From Basidiobolus meristosporus CBS 931.73 (taxonomy: Eukaryota; Fungi; Basidiobolomycota): a DNA stretch of 64,000 bases. Below are positions 13,255 through 25,768 of this stretch, in pieces. A program made the translations under genes and the position numbers. Below the pieces are notes generated by a model, which worked only from the letters and a program-made list of their open reading frames with translations, was not told the origin of the DNA and did no database searches. Within the stretch, counting starts at the first letter, position 1. Every line of letters starts with the position of its first letter. The DNA is taken from the NCBI GenBank assembly GCA_002104905.1, contig MCFE01000498.1, positions 2,258-66,257 of the forward strand, given 5' to 3'.

Positions 13255-14317
13255 ATGTTCTCACGTTGTGGCTTCAGCACCGCCCTCCGGCAAGTTCAGC
13301 GTGGATATACTACATCCAGGGTGGTGGATGCCCGACGCAACAGTTTCAAGCCATACCTTCTCCTTGGCGCCGGCTTGTGTCTGGGTGGGTACGGGTATTT
13401 AAGCTTTTCGCAGAAGAGAGTAGCTGGCATCGACTCTGACTGCTACACCCCGTTGTCCATCCAAGAAATCAGAGACGTCAATCACGACTCGAAAATATAC
13501 AAACTGGCCTATAGCGACCAGGAAGCTCGGGCCGAAATCCCAGTCTCCAGCTCGGTGTACGTCAAGGACGATTCTATGCAAATCATGCGACCTTTCACCC
13601 CCATCTCCAGTTCCGATAGCAAAGGTTACTTGGAATTGCTTATCAAGTTGTATCCGGACGGCTCGATGTCGCAGTTCTTGAAGGACCGCACAGTAGGTGA
13701 TGTTCTCGAGGTTCGCGGGCCCATTGTAAATTGGGAATACCAAGCAAATGCTTACAAGGCCATTGGGATGGTAGGTTTCGCCTGTCTGGGACTGTATGCC
13801 AACGATATCCTAATGTATGTTTCGTTCACCAAAAGGTTGCTGGCGGCTCAGGTATAACACCAATGTATCAAATAATTCGCGGCATACTTCAGAATCCTGA
13901 AGATAACACCCGGGTCTCGCTGATATACGCCAACCGTAGCGAGGAAGATATATTGCTGCGCCAGGAGCTTGAATCCCTGGCGAAGCTTCACCCCAAACAG
14001 TTCACGTTATATTTCGTCGTGGATAAGGCGCCGGAGACTCGGGAGTGGTCGCAGGGAGTTGGCTTCGTGACCAGAGAGATGATTTCTCAGCATCTACCGA
14101 AGCCAGCTGGCGACGTCAAGATTCTTGTCTGTGGGCCAGACGGGTAACGACGCCTTCTTTCGTTGATAAAGTTATGCACGTATGGTACTAATCAACCACT
14201 CTCGCTAGAATGATGCGCCATATCTCCGGTCCACGTGCGCGTGATTGGTCTCAAGGCGGCGTCTCTGGACTCCTAAAAGAGCTAGGCTACAGTGCCGAAC
14301 AAGTATACAAATTTTAA
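13255..14317 (+). CDS. MCR1: Mitochondrial NADH-cytochrome b5 reductase
   Basis: Mitochondrial-type N-terminus plus TM; RPFTP FAD motif; GSMSQ; AGGSGITPMYQ across an intron; CGPDGMM; C-terminus QGGVSGLLKELGYSAEQVYKF*. Three exons. Confidence 0.85.
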
Positions 14318-14811
14318 ATCATTCCATCTGCATTCACATACCATCAAACATGAATAAACTGGCATCAAGTCTGGCCAACCTAGTCCATGAGTAAACAACC
14401 AGCTATTACTTGGAACATCAGCCGTAACTCTGAGCTTTGGGATCAATTTGTGTGTCGTTTTCATTGGTACTCCAGATCCCTTGTTGTGATAATGACTCTG
14501 GATGGATGCGATTGGTCAAAATGTTGGTACGTTTAATTCGGAGCATTTCCACATCCCCAGGTGGTCCCGGTCTGTGACGTATACTTCCATCTCGCCCTTG
14601 TCAAGCTGCACACATTGATGGCGCGTGGTCCGATTCCGACCAAATTAGTTAGCAGGGACCTGAGCCAGCATCACAGAAATTGAACTTCCGTCCGGTCCTA
14701 TCGTCCCAGAGAGATGAAACTACACGCGGCATTCCTAGCATTTTTCAAGCGGGTCCAAATTTGAGTGGTGCTGAACTTGACCTTTTAACTTTTCACTTGT
14801 GTTGAATAGAA

Positions 14812-17800
14812 ATGAGTTGGGCAAAGAAAGACGAGGATGGAGGTACTGGTTCAGCCTTTCTGTCTTCCCTCGACCTCCCTTCCCCTGTGTGCCACTGTTA
14901 TTTACCTACTTCTATTGTGAACTTTAGGCGAGTCTGGCCTTTTGCATCACCTCGACAAAACCACAGTTCTCCAAGAGGCTCGAGTGTTCAACGAGACCCC
15001 CATCTCGCCCAAAAAGTGTCGCATCCTCTTGGCGAAAATCGCCTATTTGTTATATGTGGGAGAGTCGTTTGCCACCAACGAGGCCACCGACCTATTTTTC
15101 AGCATCACGAAGCTTTTCCAATCGAAAGATGTACCTTCCATTCAGCACCCTCACTTTTGCTTCTCACTAACCCTCCTTTGTGTAGACCGCCCTGCGTCAA
15201 ATCGTCTATTTGGTGATTAAAGAGCTTTCCACCATCGCTCAAGACGTCATCATGATCACGAGTAGCTTGACTAGGGACATGCAGCCCAACTCCGAAGCTA
15301 TCTACAGACCAAATGCTATCCGTGCGCTTTGCAAGATCGTGGATGTAGGCTTGTCTCCCTTTTTCCAGTGCCTTTGCTCGTTTTATTGATGTAGGTTTGC
15401 CTTCTCCACCAACAGGCCCATATGCTGCAAGGAGTCGAGCGCTTTCTAAAGGCAGCCATCGTAGACAAGACCACCTCTATTTCTTCTGCCGCATTGGTGT
15501 CCAGCTATCATATGCTCCCCATCGCCAAAGAAGTGGTGCGTCGTTGGGCTAATGAAGTTCAAGAAGCCATGAATTGCAAATCTAGTTTGGGATTCATGTC
15601 CTCGTCTTCATATAGCGGCAATGGCATCATGTCGCAATATCACGCCATGGGCCTCCTCTATCAAATTAGACAGCACGACCGTATGGCAGTGATCAAGCTC
15701 GTTCAATCCTTTGCTGGCTCAGGGAGAGGATTCTTGAGCTCCTCAAGCACACTTCGTAGCACCATGGCCCATTGTCTGTTGATTAGATACGCCTGCAAGG
15801 TGATGGAAGAAGATCCTAGGTTTGTAGACTCCTGATCCCATCTGCGATCCCGACGAGCGCTCGCTAAACAACAGGTTGACTTCTAGCACGCAGAGACAAC
15901 TCTTCGAGTTGCTCGAGGGATGGCTTCGCCACAAGAGTGACATGGTGAACTACGAAGCGGCCAAGGCGATTTGCAACATGCAGAATCTATCCGCCAAGGA
16001 GCTGTTCTCCGCTGTCTCTGGTAAGCACCATGTTGGTTTCTAGCGTAGGGCCACTTCTAATGCACCCATACCCAGTGCTGCAACATTTCCTCTCCTCCTC
16101 CAAATCAACCCTTCGCTTCGCCGCCATCCGCACATTGAACAGGCTGGCCATGACCAACCCCACGGCAGTGTCGGTGTGCAATATGGATATGGAGAACCTC
16201 ATCACCGATTCCAATCGTAGTGTGGCCACTTTCGCCATCACCACCTTGCTTAAGACCGGAAACGAGGCCAGCGTCGACAGACTCATGAAGCAGATCAGTG
16301 GGTTCATGTCGGAGATCTCCGACGAATTCAAGGTGATCGTCGTGGAGGCGATCAGGTCGTTGTGCCTGAAGTTCCCCGCCAAGCATGGCACCATGCTTGC
16401 GTTCTTAAGCGGCGTGTTGAGAGACGAGGGCGGCTACGAGTTCAAGAGGGCTGTGGTGGAGGCGATCTTCGATCTCATCAAGAACATCCCCGAGTCCAAG
16501 GAGATTTCGCTGTCCCACTTGTGTGAGTTCATCGAGGACTGTGAATTCACCAAGATCTCCGTTCGCATCCTCCACCTCCTTGGTGTGGAGGGCCCCAAGA
16601 CCCCGTCCCCCACCGTGTACATTCGTTACATCTACAATCGAATTATCCTCGAGAATGCCATCGTTCGCGCGGCCGCCGTGAGCGCCTTGGGTAAATTTGG
16701 AGTGAATGTCAGCGACGAGAATGTCAAGAAGAGCGTTCGTGTTCTCCTGACCAGATGTCTCGACGACGTCGACGACGAAGTTCGTGACCGTGCCACTTGG
16801 GCCCTCAAGGTGATGGGCGACGAGGTGACTGCCGAGAAATACGTCAAGGACGACTCTTCGTATGCCTTGGCCGCTTTGGAGAGAAGCCTTGTGGACTACT
16901 GTAGCACCCCGGAAAGAACCGAGACACCATTCGACATCTCGACCATTCCTCAGATCACCAGAAAGCAGGCAGAAGCCGAGCGTCACACCGTCAGCGCCAT
17001 CGATTACGCCAACCTCGGCACCGTGCCAAGCATGACCAGTGCAAGCTCACCTTCTGTGGCTCAAGCATCGCAGGCACCAAAGGCCGATCAACAATCGTTT
17101 GCTGCAGAGATGGCGAAGATCCCCGAGTTCGCCAGCTTCGGCCCTCTTTTCAAGAGCAGTATCAAGCCAGTGGAGCTCACTGAGAGCGAAACCGAGTACG
17201 TGGTTACCTGCACGAAGCACATGTTCGCCGAACACGTCGTGTTCCAATTCCACTGCCACAACACTCTCAACGACTCTCTTCTGGAGGATGTCTCGGTCAT
17301 CATGCAGACTGACGACGAGGGCTTGGAGGAAGTGGCTAACATCCCAGTGGAGCAGTTGGTCTACGACGTCCCCGGCTCCGTATTTGTGGCCTTCAAGAAG
17401 GAAGACCCCGAGGTGTTCCCAGTCGCCACTTTCTCCAACACGATGAAGTTCGTGGTGAAGGATTGCGACCCAACTACCGGAGAGCCTGATGAGCAAGGTT
17501 ACGAGGACGAATACCTGGTAAGCATAGGAGGATGTCGCACAAGCTTGTCGATGCTAACCTTTCTCACTTTTCACCGACTTAGTTGGAGGATGTGGAGCTC
17601 AGCATTGGCGATTACATTCTTCCCTCATACATCAGCGATTTCGGAAGGGTGTGGAATGATCTTGGTGAAGATGCCGAAGTGGTGGAGACATTTGCATTGA
17701 CCGCCCTGGACAGTCTCCAAGGTAAGCTCCTCCTGCTAGGCAAATGCGTTCCAGTAATCTCAACTGAATCTTGATTGAATTCTAGCTGCTGTGACCTCAA

Positions 17801-18018
17801 TTGTCGATATCCTCAGTATGCAGCCATTGGAAAACACCGACTCTCCCAAGAGCCAGACAACTCATACACTTCTGCTCTCTGGAATCTTCCTGGGCGGAAT
17901 CAAGGTGTTGGTTAAATCCCGTATGTCCTTCACCAAGACCACCGGAGTCACCATGGAGCTATCTGTTCGTAGTAGCGACGAAGAAGTTAGTCGGTTTGTC
18001 ATGGCAACCATCGCTTGA
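14812..18018 (+). CDS. SEC21: Coatomer subunit gamma (COPI)
   Basis: MSWAKKDED start, [59 protein letters not shown] appendage domain; spliced. Confidence 0.95.
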
Positions 18019-18256
18019 TTGGTTTTCAGAAGACGCCAACCATCTAAGTGTATCTCGGCCCTTTCCTGTTACTGCTGCTATTCCTACTCCTGTTCCTGTT
18101 CCTTTCCCCTACAACTGTCAACCTTTACCCCCCCCCACCCCACTATAAAAATAAACATAATGAGTGGAAATGATCTCGAATAGGCTTTATTTTAATATGC
18201 AGTTAGAAAATGAGGAAGTGTGGTGGGCATTGCTGTCTGCGCTTCTGAAATAAATG

Positions 18257-19471
18257 TTAGTCACGGAAGGCTCTACGAAGCGCTGGAGGAGTGCGCGACG
18301 GTGAAGGCTCTGAGTCGTGGCTGGCGTGTGCAACTTCAGGGTCTAGACTGACTTGCGTCGAAATGGATATTGGATGGGGAGCAATCCTTATTGTGGGTTG
18401 ATACACTGGTGCGCTGGACTCCCTCGGTGTTGCTTTACTAGGTACTCGTGGATGGTAGGAGCTGGTTTCTTCTCCAGAGTCCCTCGAGGATGGCGGTGAG
18501 GTGGGCGTTTCGCGGTGGATTATGCTGGTGCTGCTCCCGACCGAAATGGAATCCCGAGAGGCAACCGGCGGAGTTTGTTCTGCGCTGCTTCTCCGGGAGA
18601 TTGATGTAGTAACCGAAACGCGGGAGTAGCGGGAAGCTGGCAGAGTGCTATGCGAGCTATTGTCCTCAATTGAAGAAGTGGAGTGACCAACCTCACTCGA
18701 ATGGGACGATATTGACGATTGGGTATATGTGATGTTTCTACTCCAGGTGGTCGATGAGATAATGTGGGTGGTGTTGGTCCGTGCAATTGAAGTAGAATGC
18801 CTGGATTTGCTTGATAGATGCGAGGTTGGAGGTGGAGTATATGTGCTCCCGCTCAAGGAGGAGGCTGATGTTGACGATATAGTATGTGTTGTGTTTGTGC
18901 TTACCACTGTAGACAATGAAGCGTGAGTGGTGTTACTACTCCACGAAATAGAAGTGACTGCGGTGGTTGCGGAAGAATGCGATGTTGACAGCACTGTGTG
19001 GGTGATATTTATACTCCTTACGATTGATGTAGTTGGATACCGAGTCTCACTTGGACGATGCGAACTGTACGTACTCCAGGCAGATGGAGTCATGGATGTA
19101 TGAGAGCTCTCGCTGGTCCTCCAAGTAACGGGTAAAGGAGCAGTCATGTAGGAAGGAGGAAGAGTTTGTGACACAGAGGATGTGGTATCAATTTTTTGAG
19201 TACCAGCTGAAGACAAGGAAGACGCTCTACTTGAACTCCATGATATGGGCGTCGTTGGCAGTGAATGTGAGTGATACGAGGCAGAGGGCTGTTCGGAGAT
19301 GGGCCTGGATGTGGTAGAATGAGAGTTCGACAGGGAAGAGACCCAAGCGCATCCGCAGGTCGGGAGAGTTTGCTCCGAAGTATGGACATAAGTACCAGTA
19401 GGCGCACCAACTACGAAACTAGAATAGAGTATTGCCAAACTACCGATGGTGAAAAACGTTTTGAGAATCAT
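18257..19471 (-). CDS. Secreted Ser/Thr-rich mucin-like protein (404 aa)
   Basis: Signal peptide MILKTFFTIGSLAILYSSFVVGA; long S/T/H/P low-complexity body with internal N-[IT]-T-H-[TI] repeats; intronless. Confidence 0.65.
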   Translation of the reverse strand: MILKTFFTIGSLAILYSSFVVGAPTGTYVHTSEQTLPTCGCAWVSSLSNSHSTTSRPISEQPSASYHSHSLPTTPISWSSSRASSLSSAGTQKIDTTSSVSQTLPPSYMTAPLPVTWRTSESSHTSMTPSAWSTYSSHRPSETRYPTTSIVRSINITHTVLSTSHSSATTAVTSISWSSNTTHASLSTVVSTNTTHTISSTSASSLSGSTYTPPPTSHLSSKSRHSTSIARTNTTHIISSTTWSRNITYTQSSISSHSSEVGHSTSSIEDNSSHSTLPASRYSRVSVTTSISRRSSAEQTPPVASRDSISVGSSTSIIHRETPTSPPSSRDSGEETSSYHPRVPSKATPRESSAPVYQPTIRIAPHPISISTQVSLDPEVAHASHDSEPSPSRTPPALRRAFRD

Positions 19472-20068
19472 GATGCAGCTGCTTCGCCTTCACACTTAAA
19501 AATCTTGATTTATATGTGTTACAACTTGGGCTAAGTAAAGGCAAGCTCTACATATGGGTTTAGCAACTGGCTGAGGTTTAGTGGATGAGCACAACTATCC
19601 AAGCCCACACACCAAATCAAGCCTCTACTCATTTTCCTCACCCACACCCACACCCCTCCCCTATCCTCTATTTCTCCGCTCAAGTTGAACAGATTCGGTG
19701 GCATTGATATGTTTGACGCATAGGTAATAAAAATGATTCTTACCTTCATGATGATCATATATTTTAACATATGGATCAGCTAATGTGTGTTTGCGTGTGA
19801 AGGAGGGAGGAGGGAGGAGGTCAGATTAGTGGAACCGACGATCTTGAAACGAATAAACTGGATTAGCCTGATTTTCCCAGTGGTTGTCTGTTGCTCATCC
19901 CTTTACACTCGTCATCCTGTTCGTAGATGATGCACTTTACCATGTATCCATTACTTCGTTCTTCCCTGATTGATACTCATCCATATTCGTATTGGTTCAC
20001 CCTCAGCCTTGCCCCCCTTCAACAGATATAAGGGCAGAGTGCGTTCTGATTACTACCAACACTCAACC

Positions 20069-20440
20069 ATGCACTTCAACAATCTGCTCTCATTCGGCTG
20101 CTACGCACTCATGTACAGCACTCTTGGCCAGGCTGCTCCCACCAGTAGTCCCGCAAACAGAGCCACTCCCACTCCTACCGGCTCATGGTCCACCTCATGG
20201 TCATCATCGTGGTCGTCCCCAACAAGTTCCTGGACTTCATCATGGTCATCGTCCTGGTCCTCTGCTGCCGCCTCCACCCCCACACCCACTCACAAACCTA
20301 ACAACATCCATGCCAGAGCTCCTTACAGCTGGACATCCTCCTGGTCGTCAAGCTGGTCCGCGAAGACATCCTACTCTTCCTGGAGCAGCTCGTGGTCACT
20401 CCGACGATCTGCTCGTCCAAGAGCCACGCCAGTGGCATGA
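20069..20440 (+). CDS. Small secreted Ser/Trp-repeat protein, copy 1 (123 aa, intact)
   Basis: Signal-like MHFNNLLSFGCYALMYSTLGQA, then SWSTSWSSSWSS-type repeats (11 Trp) and basic sites HAR / LRR. Confidence 0.75.
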   Translation: MHFNNLLSFGCYALMYSTLGQAAPTSSPANRATPTPTGSWSTSWSSSWSSPTSSWTSSWSSSWSSAAASTPTPTHKPNNIHARAPYSWTSSWSSSWSAKTSYSSWSSSWSLRRSARPRATPVA

Positions 20441-20975
20441 TGAAATCATCTTATCTCTTGGTCAAGCCTTGACTTGCACACTCCACTCTTCTCAAATGGA
20501 AACCATTCAACATTGATCCCCCAAAATAAGCAATCTCATTCAATAAACATATGACCAGAGTTTTGAAAGTGACCAGCTCGCTATGATATTTATGCCATTA
20601 AACAAAATTGCCCTGATTGGCTGTTCTCTAATTGTTGCTGCTAGGCTCGACTATGCTCTACCCACTTATCGATGTGCTATCATCACTTTCATTCGCATCC
20701 GCATCCGCATCCACACCACTGGAGCTCTGTCATCCAGTCAGTAGCTCTATACCGGTGAGAATCAGGCTTACCAAGTGGTTGTAACTAGTGCTCATCCCTA
20801 TTCCTTCAGCCCGCATACACACTCATCCTCAAGTTTGCAATACCACATCAGTATTGGTGCTCCATCACCCTCAGCCAACAGCTACGCGAATATATATATA
20901 TATATATATATACTGGATGATCGAGAGAGAGATTCCACAGCACCAATCGATCCACCTCACTACCAACACTCAGCC

Positions 20976-21357
20976 ATGCACTTCAACAATCTGCTCTCAT
21001 TCGGCTGCTACGCACTCATGTACAGCACTCTTGGCCAGGCTGCTCCCACCAGTAGTCCCGCAAACAGAGCCACTCCCGCTCCACTCCACTCCTACCGGCT
21101 CATGGTCCACCTCATGGTCATCATCGTGGTCGTCCCCTGCTCGTTCTTGGACTTCATCATGGTCATCGTCCTGGTCCTCTGCTGCCACCCCCACCCCCAC
21201 ACCCACTCACAAACCAAACAACATCCATGCCAGAGCTCCTTACAGCTGGACATCCTCCTGGTCGTCAAGCTGGTCCGCGAGGACATCCTACTCTTCCTGG
21301 AGCAGCTCGTGGTCACTCCGACGATCCGCTCGCTCAAGAGCCACGCCAGTGGCATGA
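20976..21357 (+). pseudogene. Ser/Trp-repeat protein copy 2 (frameshift at ~21080 as assembled)
   Basis: Signal peptide and SW body lie in different frames (ORFs 20775 and 20788); 10-nt insertion gctccactcc relative to copy 1. Confidence 0.6.
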
Positions 21358-21506
21358 TAAAATGGCTACAACCCTCAGCCCAGCCTTAACTTGCACATTC
21401 CCCACTTCTCATATGGAAACCGTTCAACATTAGTTCACCCAGAATATGCAATCTCGTTCAATAAACATTTTCTATTTTTGCTACAACGACAATCCAGATA
21501 CCAAGG

Positions 21507-23060
21507 CTATTCCTCGCGTTTGATAGGCAAGTAGCCCACAGAAAAGCCGTTCATTTTCCGCTTGACTGGTGGCAAGGACAAAGTACTTAGTCTAAGGGAC
21601 AGCAGCAGCTCTAGACAGTGATCGGCTGGATAGAAGAGGGTCTCCACTTGCTTGTTTTTCTTCCATTTATCTAGGAGCCTAGGTTGAAATGGAATGGTGA
21701 ATGATCGTCCAATATCGCTCGCATACCCTTCTTGATTACCTTTGCCCATCTGGGTTGTGAGGATCCGAAACATCATTGTACAGGACTTTCAAGACTTTCA
21801 AGAATGATAAGTAAACCTAGGGGAAACGATCCATGTATTCTCTTGGGAAGTACCTGTAGTCAGTGGGTATTGCCCAAGCTCTTGGGCACTATCATCTGCG
21901 ATGGACACGGACAAACGGGCATTGGTAGCAACTGCAGTATTCCAGCTAAACACCCATATCTAGAGAACGATGTGAGCCACGTACTGGCAGGATAGAACAC
22001 CTAGCTCTCCTGAAATACCTGAAGTAAGGGTTCTTTGGTGGCCTTATCCTCGATGATGAAGTGATAGCTAGCGCTGGACTTGCTGATTTCTAACAGATCA
22101 GCGATGATGAAGCTCAGGAAGGACGGCTTCGGGACACTAGGCCATACACAATTGGTAAGTAGCTAGTTATTGAGAGCCCAAGCATGATCTATCTTTTACG
22201 TTTCGTGTTGGCCGATGGGAAGGGTCACCTCGTACTTCTTGAGCTTTGCCGCCACCAAATGCTCCTCTAAACGATTATCAGAATCATTGTATTCGTCAGA
22301 GTATATGGCATCGTTTCGTACCGTTATGATCCAACAACCCTTCGCCTAAAGTAGACAGACACCTTGAGCAGACTATTGAGTGCCATTTTTTGAACTTGAA
22401 CTGCTTCAACTAAACGGACAAAGAGGTCAATCCACTATACTCGCTAGACAAACCACGGAACCCTGACACTACCTTGGCACGATCTTGCTCTTCGGTCATG
22501 ACGGCAGTTGTGTCCAGATCTTCGCTGGAGACCAACAGATAGGTGTTACCCACAAGCAAGGTGCCAGTTCTAGCAGTGATCTCACCCTTCTGTACCTGCT
22601 TATAATCGTCCTGATGACACATCCAACAATCGACCAATTCGAGCCAATGTTCGGAAGGCAGATCCAACGTTTTTTGAAAAACATTTCCCTCCTTGGTCAG
22701 CGGGTGTTCACAGAAACCACACTTGATTGTGTTCACAGCCCTCAATTCGGAGGCACTAAGTGGGCTCGGTACCTCGCTTAGCAAGTGGTTATTACCCGAG
22801 AGCTTCGTCTGAACCAGAGGTAGCTTAAGTTCCGCCCCGTGTTCGGAAGGAGTTAGGCTGACTCCTCTTACCTGAACAGGGGCAGGTAAATGGATCTGCT
22901 CCTTCGAGAAGTGGATGTCGGTTTTGGTGACACGAAAGTTGACCTTCGTTTGAGTGGGAACCAGGGGATTTCCTACAAAGACATTGATGCTTTGTATATT
23001 ACTGAGCTGCTCCAAAAAATACGGACACTCAGACGAGGTGGTGGAGCATTTAGAAGTCAT
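21507..23060 (-). CDS. HECT-2 family E3 ligase, UBE3D/IPA1-like
   Basis: IKCGFC, LPSEHWLELVDCWMCH, GTLLVGNTYLLV; C-terminal LPPVKRKMNGFSVGYL; spliced. Confidence 0.8.
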
Positions 23061-23243
23061 ACTGTGTCCAAGATTGACGGCTATCTGGGTCAACCTCATT
23101 AAAATCACCCAATCCAGCTAGAATTGGTCGAGATTTCGAGTCGGTCAATAGGCAATTTTTCAATCCCACTCGACGGATGGAGTTTTGTTGGACTTTTTTC
23201 CCTGAACTCGAGTGTTTATTCTGATAGTCAACCTCCCTCTCAC

Positions 23244-24292
23244 ATGAAGTAGGTAGCAATTCGCTCGTATCGTTCAGTTGTCTCTTTTCGTTTCACTAAC
23301 CAGCTTGCAATATGTAGCGTTGTCAAAGAGATCCAGCGGATTAATTTACAAGAAGCTAGTCGTGATATCGATGGCTCTGGGTCCTGGCATAGTCAATACA
23401 AGGATAGCGCATATTTATTTGTAGGCGGATTACCTTTTGAACTCACCGAAGGCGACATCATATGTATCTTCTCACAGTAGGCTTACTTCCATCAAACCCA
23501 GCCCTACCTGTTCCCCTCTTACTAAATCGGATTGCATAGGTACGGGGAGATTTTAGACGTCAACCTGGTACGTGACAAAAAGACAGGGAAGTCCAAGGGG
23601 TTCTGCTTTTTGGGCTATAGCGATCAAAGAAGCACCATACTAGCTGTAGATAATCTCAATGGAATCAAGGTACATTTTTAAAATCGGGCTGCCTTTCGAC
23701 TTCTCAGAATAGTCCCAACTAATCTACTTGCAACTCACGATGCTAGGTATTGGAGAGAACACTTCGGGTAGACCACGTCGCAAATTACAAACCCCCCAAA
23801 GAGGGTGATGAACCAGACGCACCACGTAAATTCGAATACAACGCCGCGCCACCCCTATTAGAAGCCTCTTCCTCATCCGATTCCTCCCCCGAAAATGTGG
23901 ACGAGGAGGACCCTATGGCAGATTACATAAGAAAGAGGAAAGCTCGCAAAGAAAAGAAGAAGGCGAAGAAAGCCCGTAAAGAGGACAAAGAGAAGAAATC
24001 CAAGAAAAAGAAGGAGGACAAGGAATCCAAGGACGAGAAAAAAGTAGGCGAAGCCCCAAGCAAGCGAGAGCCATCTCTTGAAAGAAAGGAAGAGAGGTAC
24101 AGAGACGATTCTCGTACACGTTCAGACAGGCGTGATTCCTCTAGGAGGGAATCATATTCTCGTGAGGAGGGTGACAGACGACGAGAGCATCGACATCATC
24201 ATCGTGAGGAATCTGAGTATCGCTCGAAAGATGCGAAATATGAGGAGTCCTCTAGTAGATACAGGGATTATAGATCTGAAAGAAGGTATTAA
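23244..24292 (+). CDS. IST3: RES-complex RRM protein RBMX2/Ist3 (Snu17)
   Basis: [14 protein letters not shown] (5-nt first exon ATGAA), [58 protein letters not shown]; K/R/E-rich tail. Confidence 0.9.
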
Positions 24293-24478
24293 AATCTTTT
24301 AGAAAACGAGAATAAATGTGTAAAATACTCCAAAGATGAATTCGCTACTTATTTCTGCCATTAAAAACTCGTTTATTAATGAGATTGCTTATTTTGAGTG
24401 AACTGGTGTTGAATGATCTCCATATGAGTGAGGTTGAGTGTGCAAGTTAAGGCTGGGTTGAGGGTCGTAGTGATTTCA

Positions 24479-24825
24479 TCATGCCACTGGCGTGGCTCTT
24501 GAGCGAGCGGATCGTCGTAGTGACCATGAGCTGCTCCAGGAAGAGTCGCAGCTGAGAGATGTCCAGCTGTAAGGAGCTCTGGCATGGATGTTGTTAGGTT
24601 TGTGGGTGGGGGTGGCAGCAGAGGACCAGGACGATGACCATGATGAAGTCCAAGAACGAGCAGGGGACGACCACGATGATGACCATGAGGTGGACCATGA
24701 GCCGGTAGGAGTGGAGTGGGAGCGGGAGTGGCTCTGTTTGCGGGACTACTGGTGGGAGCAGCCTGGCCAAGAGTGCTGTACATGAGTGCGTAGCAGCCGA
24801 ATGAGAGCAGGTTGTTGAAGTGCAT
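24479..24825 (-). pseudogene. Ser/Trp-repeat protein copy 2' (frameshift plus internal deletions)
   Basis: Same ATG context; 11-nt insertion after actccc; part of the second SW block is missing (~24545-24560). Confidence 0.6.
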
Positions 24826-25357
24826 GGCTGAGTGTTGGTAGTGAGGTGGATCGATTGGTGCTGTGGAATCTCTCTCTCGATCATCCAGTATATATATATA
24901 TATATATTCGCGTAGCTGTTGGACTGAGGGTGATGGAGCACCAATACTGATGTGGTATTGCAAACTTGAGGATGAGTGTGTATGCGGGCTGAAGGAATAG
25001 GGATGAGCACTAGTTACAACCACTTGGTAAGCCTGATTCTCACCGGTATAGAGCTACTGACTGGATGACAGAGCTCCAGTGGTGTGGATGCGGATGCGGA
25101 TGCGAATGAAAGTGATGATAGCACATCGATAAGTGGGCAGAGCATAGTCGAGCCTAGCAGCAACAATTAGAGAACAGCCAATCAGGGCAATTTTGTTTAA
25201 TGGCATAAATATCATAGCGAGCTGGTCACTTTCAAAACTCTGGTCATATGTTTATTGAATGAGATTGCTTATTTTGGGGGATCAATGTTGAATGGTTTCG
25301 ATATGAGAAGAGTGGAGTGTGCAAGTCAAGGCTTGACCAAGAGATAAGATGATTTCA

Positions 25358-25768
25358 TCATGCCACTGGCGTGGCTCTTGGACGAGCAGATCGTCGGAGT
25401 GACCACGAGCTGCTCCAGGAAGAGTAGGATGTCTTCGCAGACCAGCTTGACGACCAGGAGGACGTCCAGCTGTAAGGAGCTCTGGCATGGATGTTATTAG
25501 GTTTGTGAGTGGGTGGGGGTGGAGGCGGCAGCAAGAGGACCAGGATGATGACCATGATGAAGTCCAGGAGCTTGCGGGGGACGACCACGATGAAGCCCAG
25601 GAACTTGCTGGGGACGACCACGATGATGACCATGAGGTGGACCATGAGCCGGTAGGAGTGGGAGCGGGAGTGACTCTGTTTGCGGGACTACTGGTGGGAA
25701 GCAGCCTGGCCAAGAGTGCTGTACATGAGTGCGTAACAGCTGAATGGGAGCAAATTGTTGAAGTGCAT
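25358..25768 (-). pseudogene. Ser/Trp-repeat protein copy 1' (extra SW repeat; frameshifts as assembled)
   Basis: Homologous to copy 1 with an added SSWSSPA unit; 1-nt insertions at ~25700 and ~25535 split it across ORFs 25282..25713 and 25358..25645. Confidence 0.6.

Larger units (their letters stand above)
19594..21470 (+). repeat. Left arm of a ~1.9-kb inverted segmental duplication
   Basis: Reverse complement of ~24376-26210. The intergenic 20440-20976 is near-identical to 24826-25357; the outer part is diverged but alignable (actatccaagcccacac..., gtggaaccgacgatc). Confidence 0.85.

Noticed and set aside
20180-20400. C-mannosylation (WxxW) repeat protein
   Set aside because: Trp spacing is WxxxW, not the WxxW consensus.
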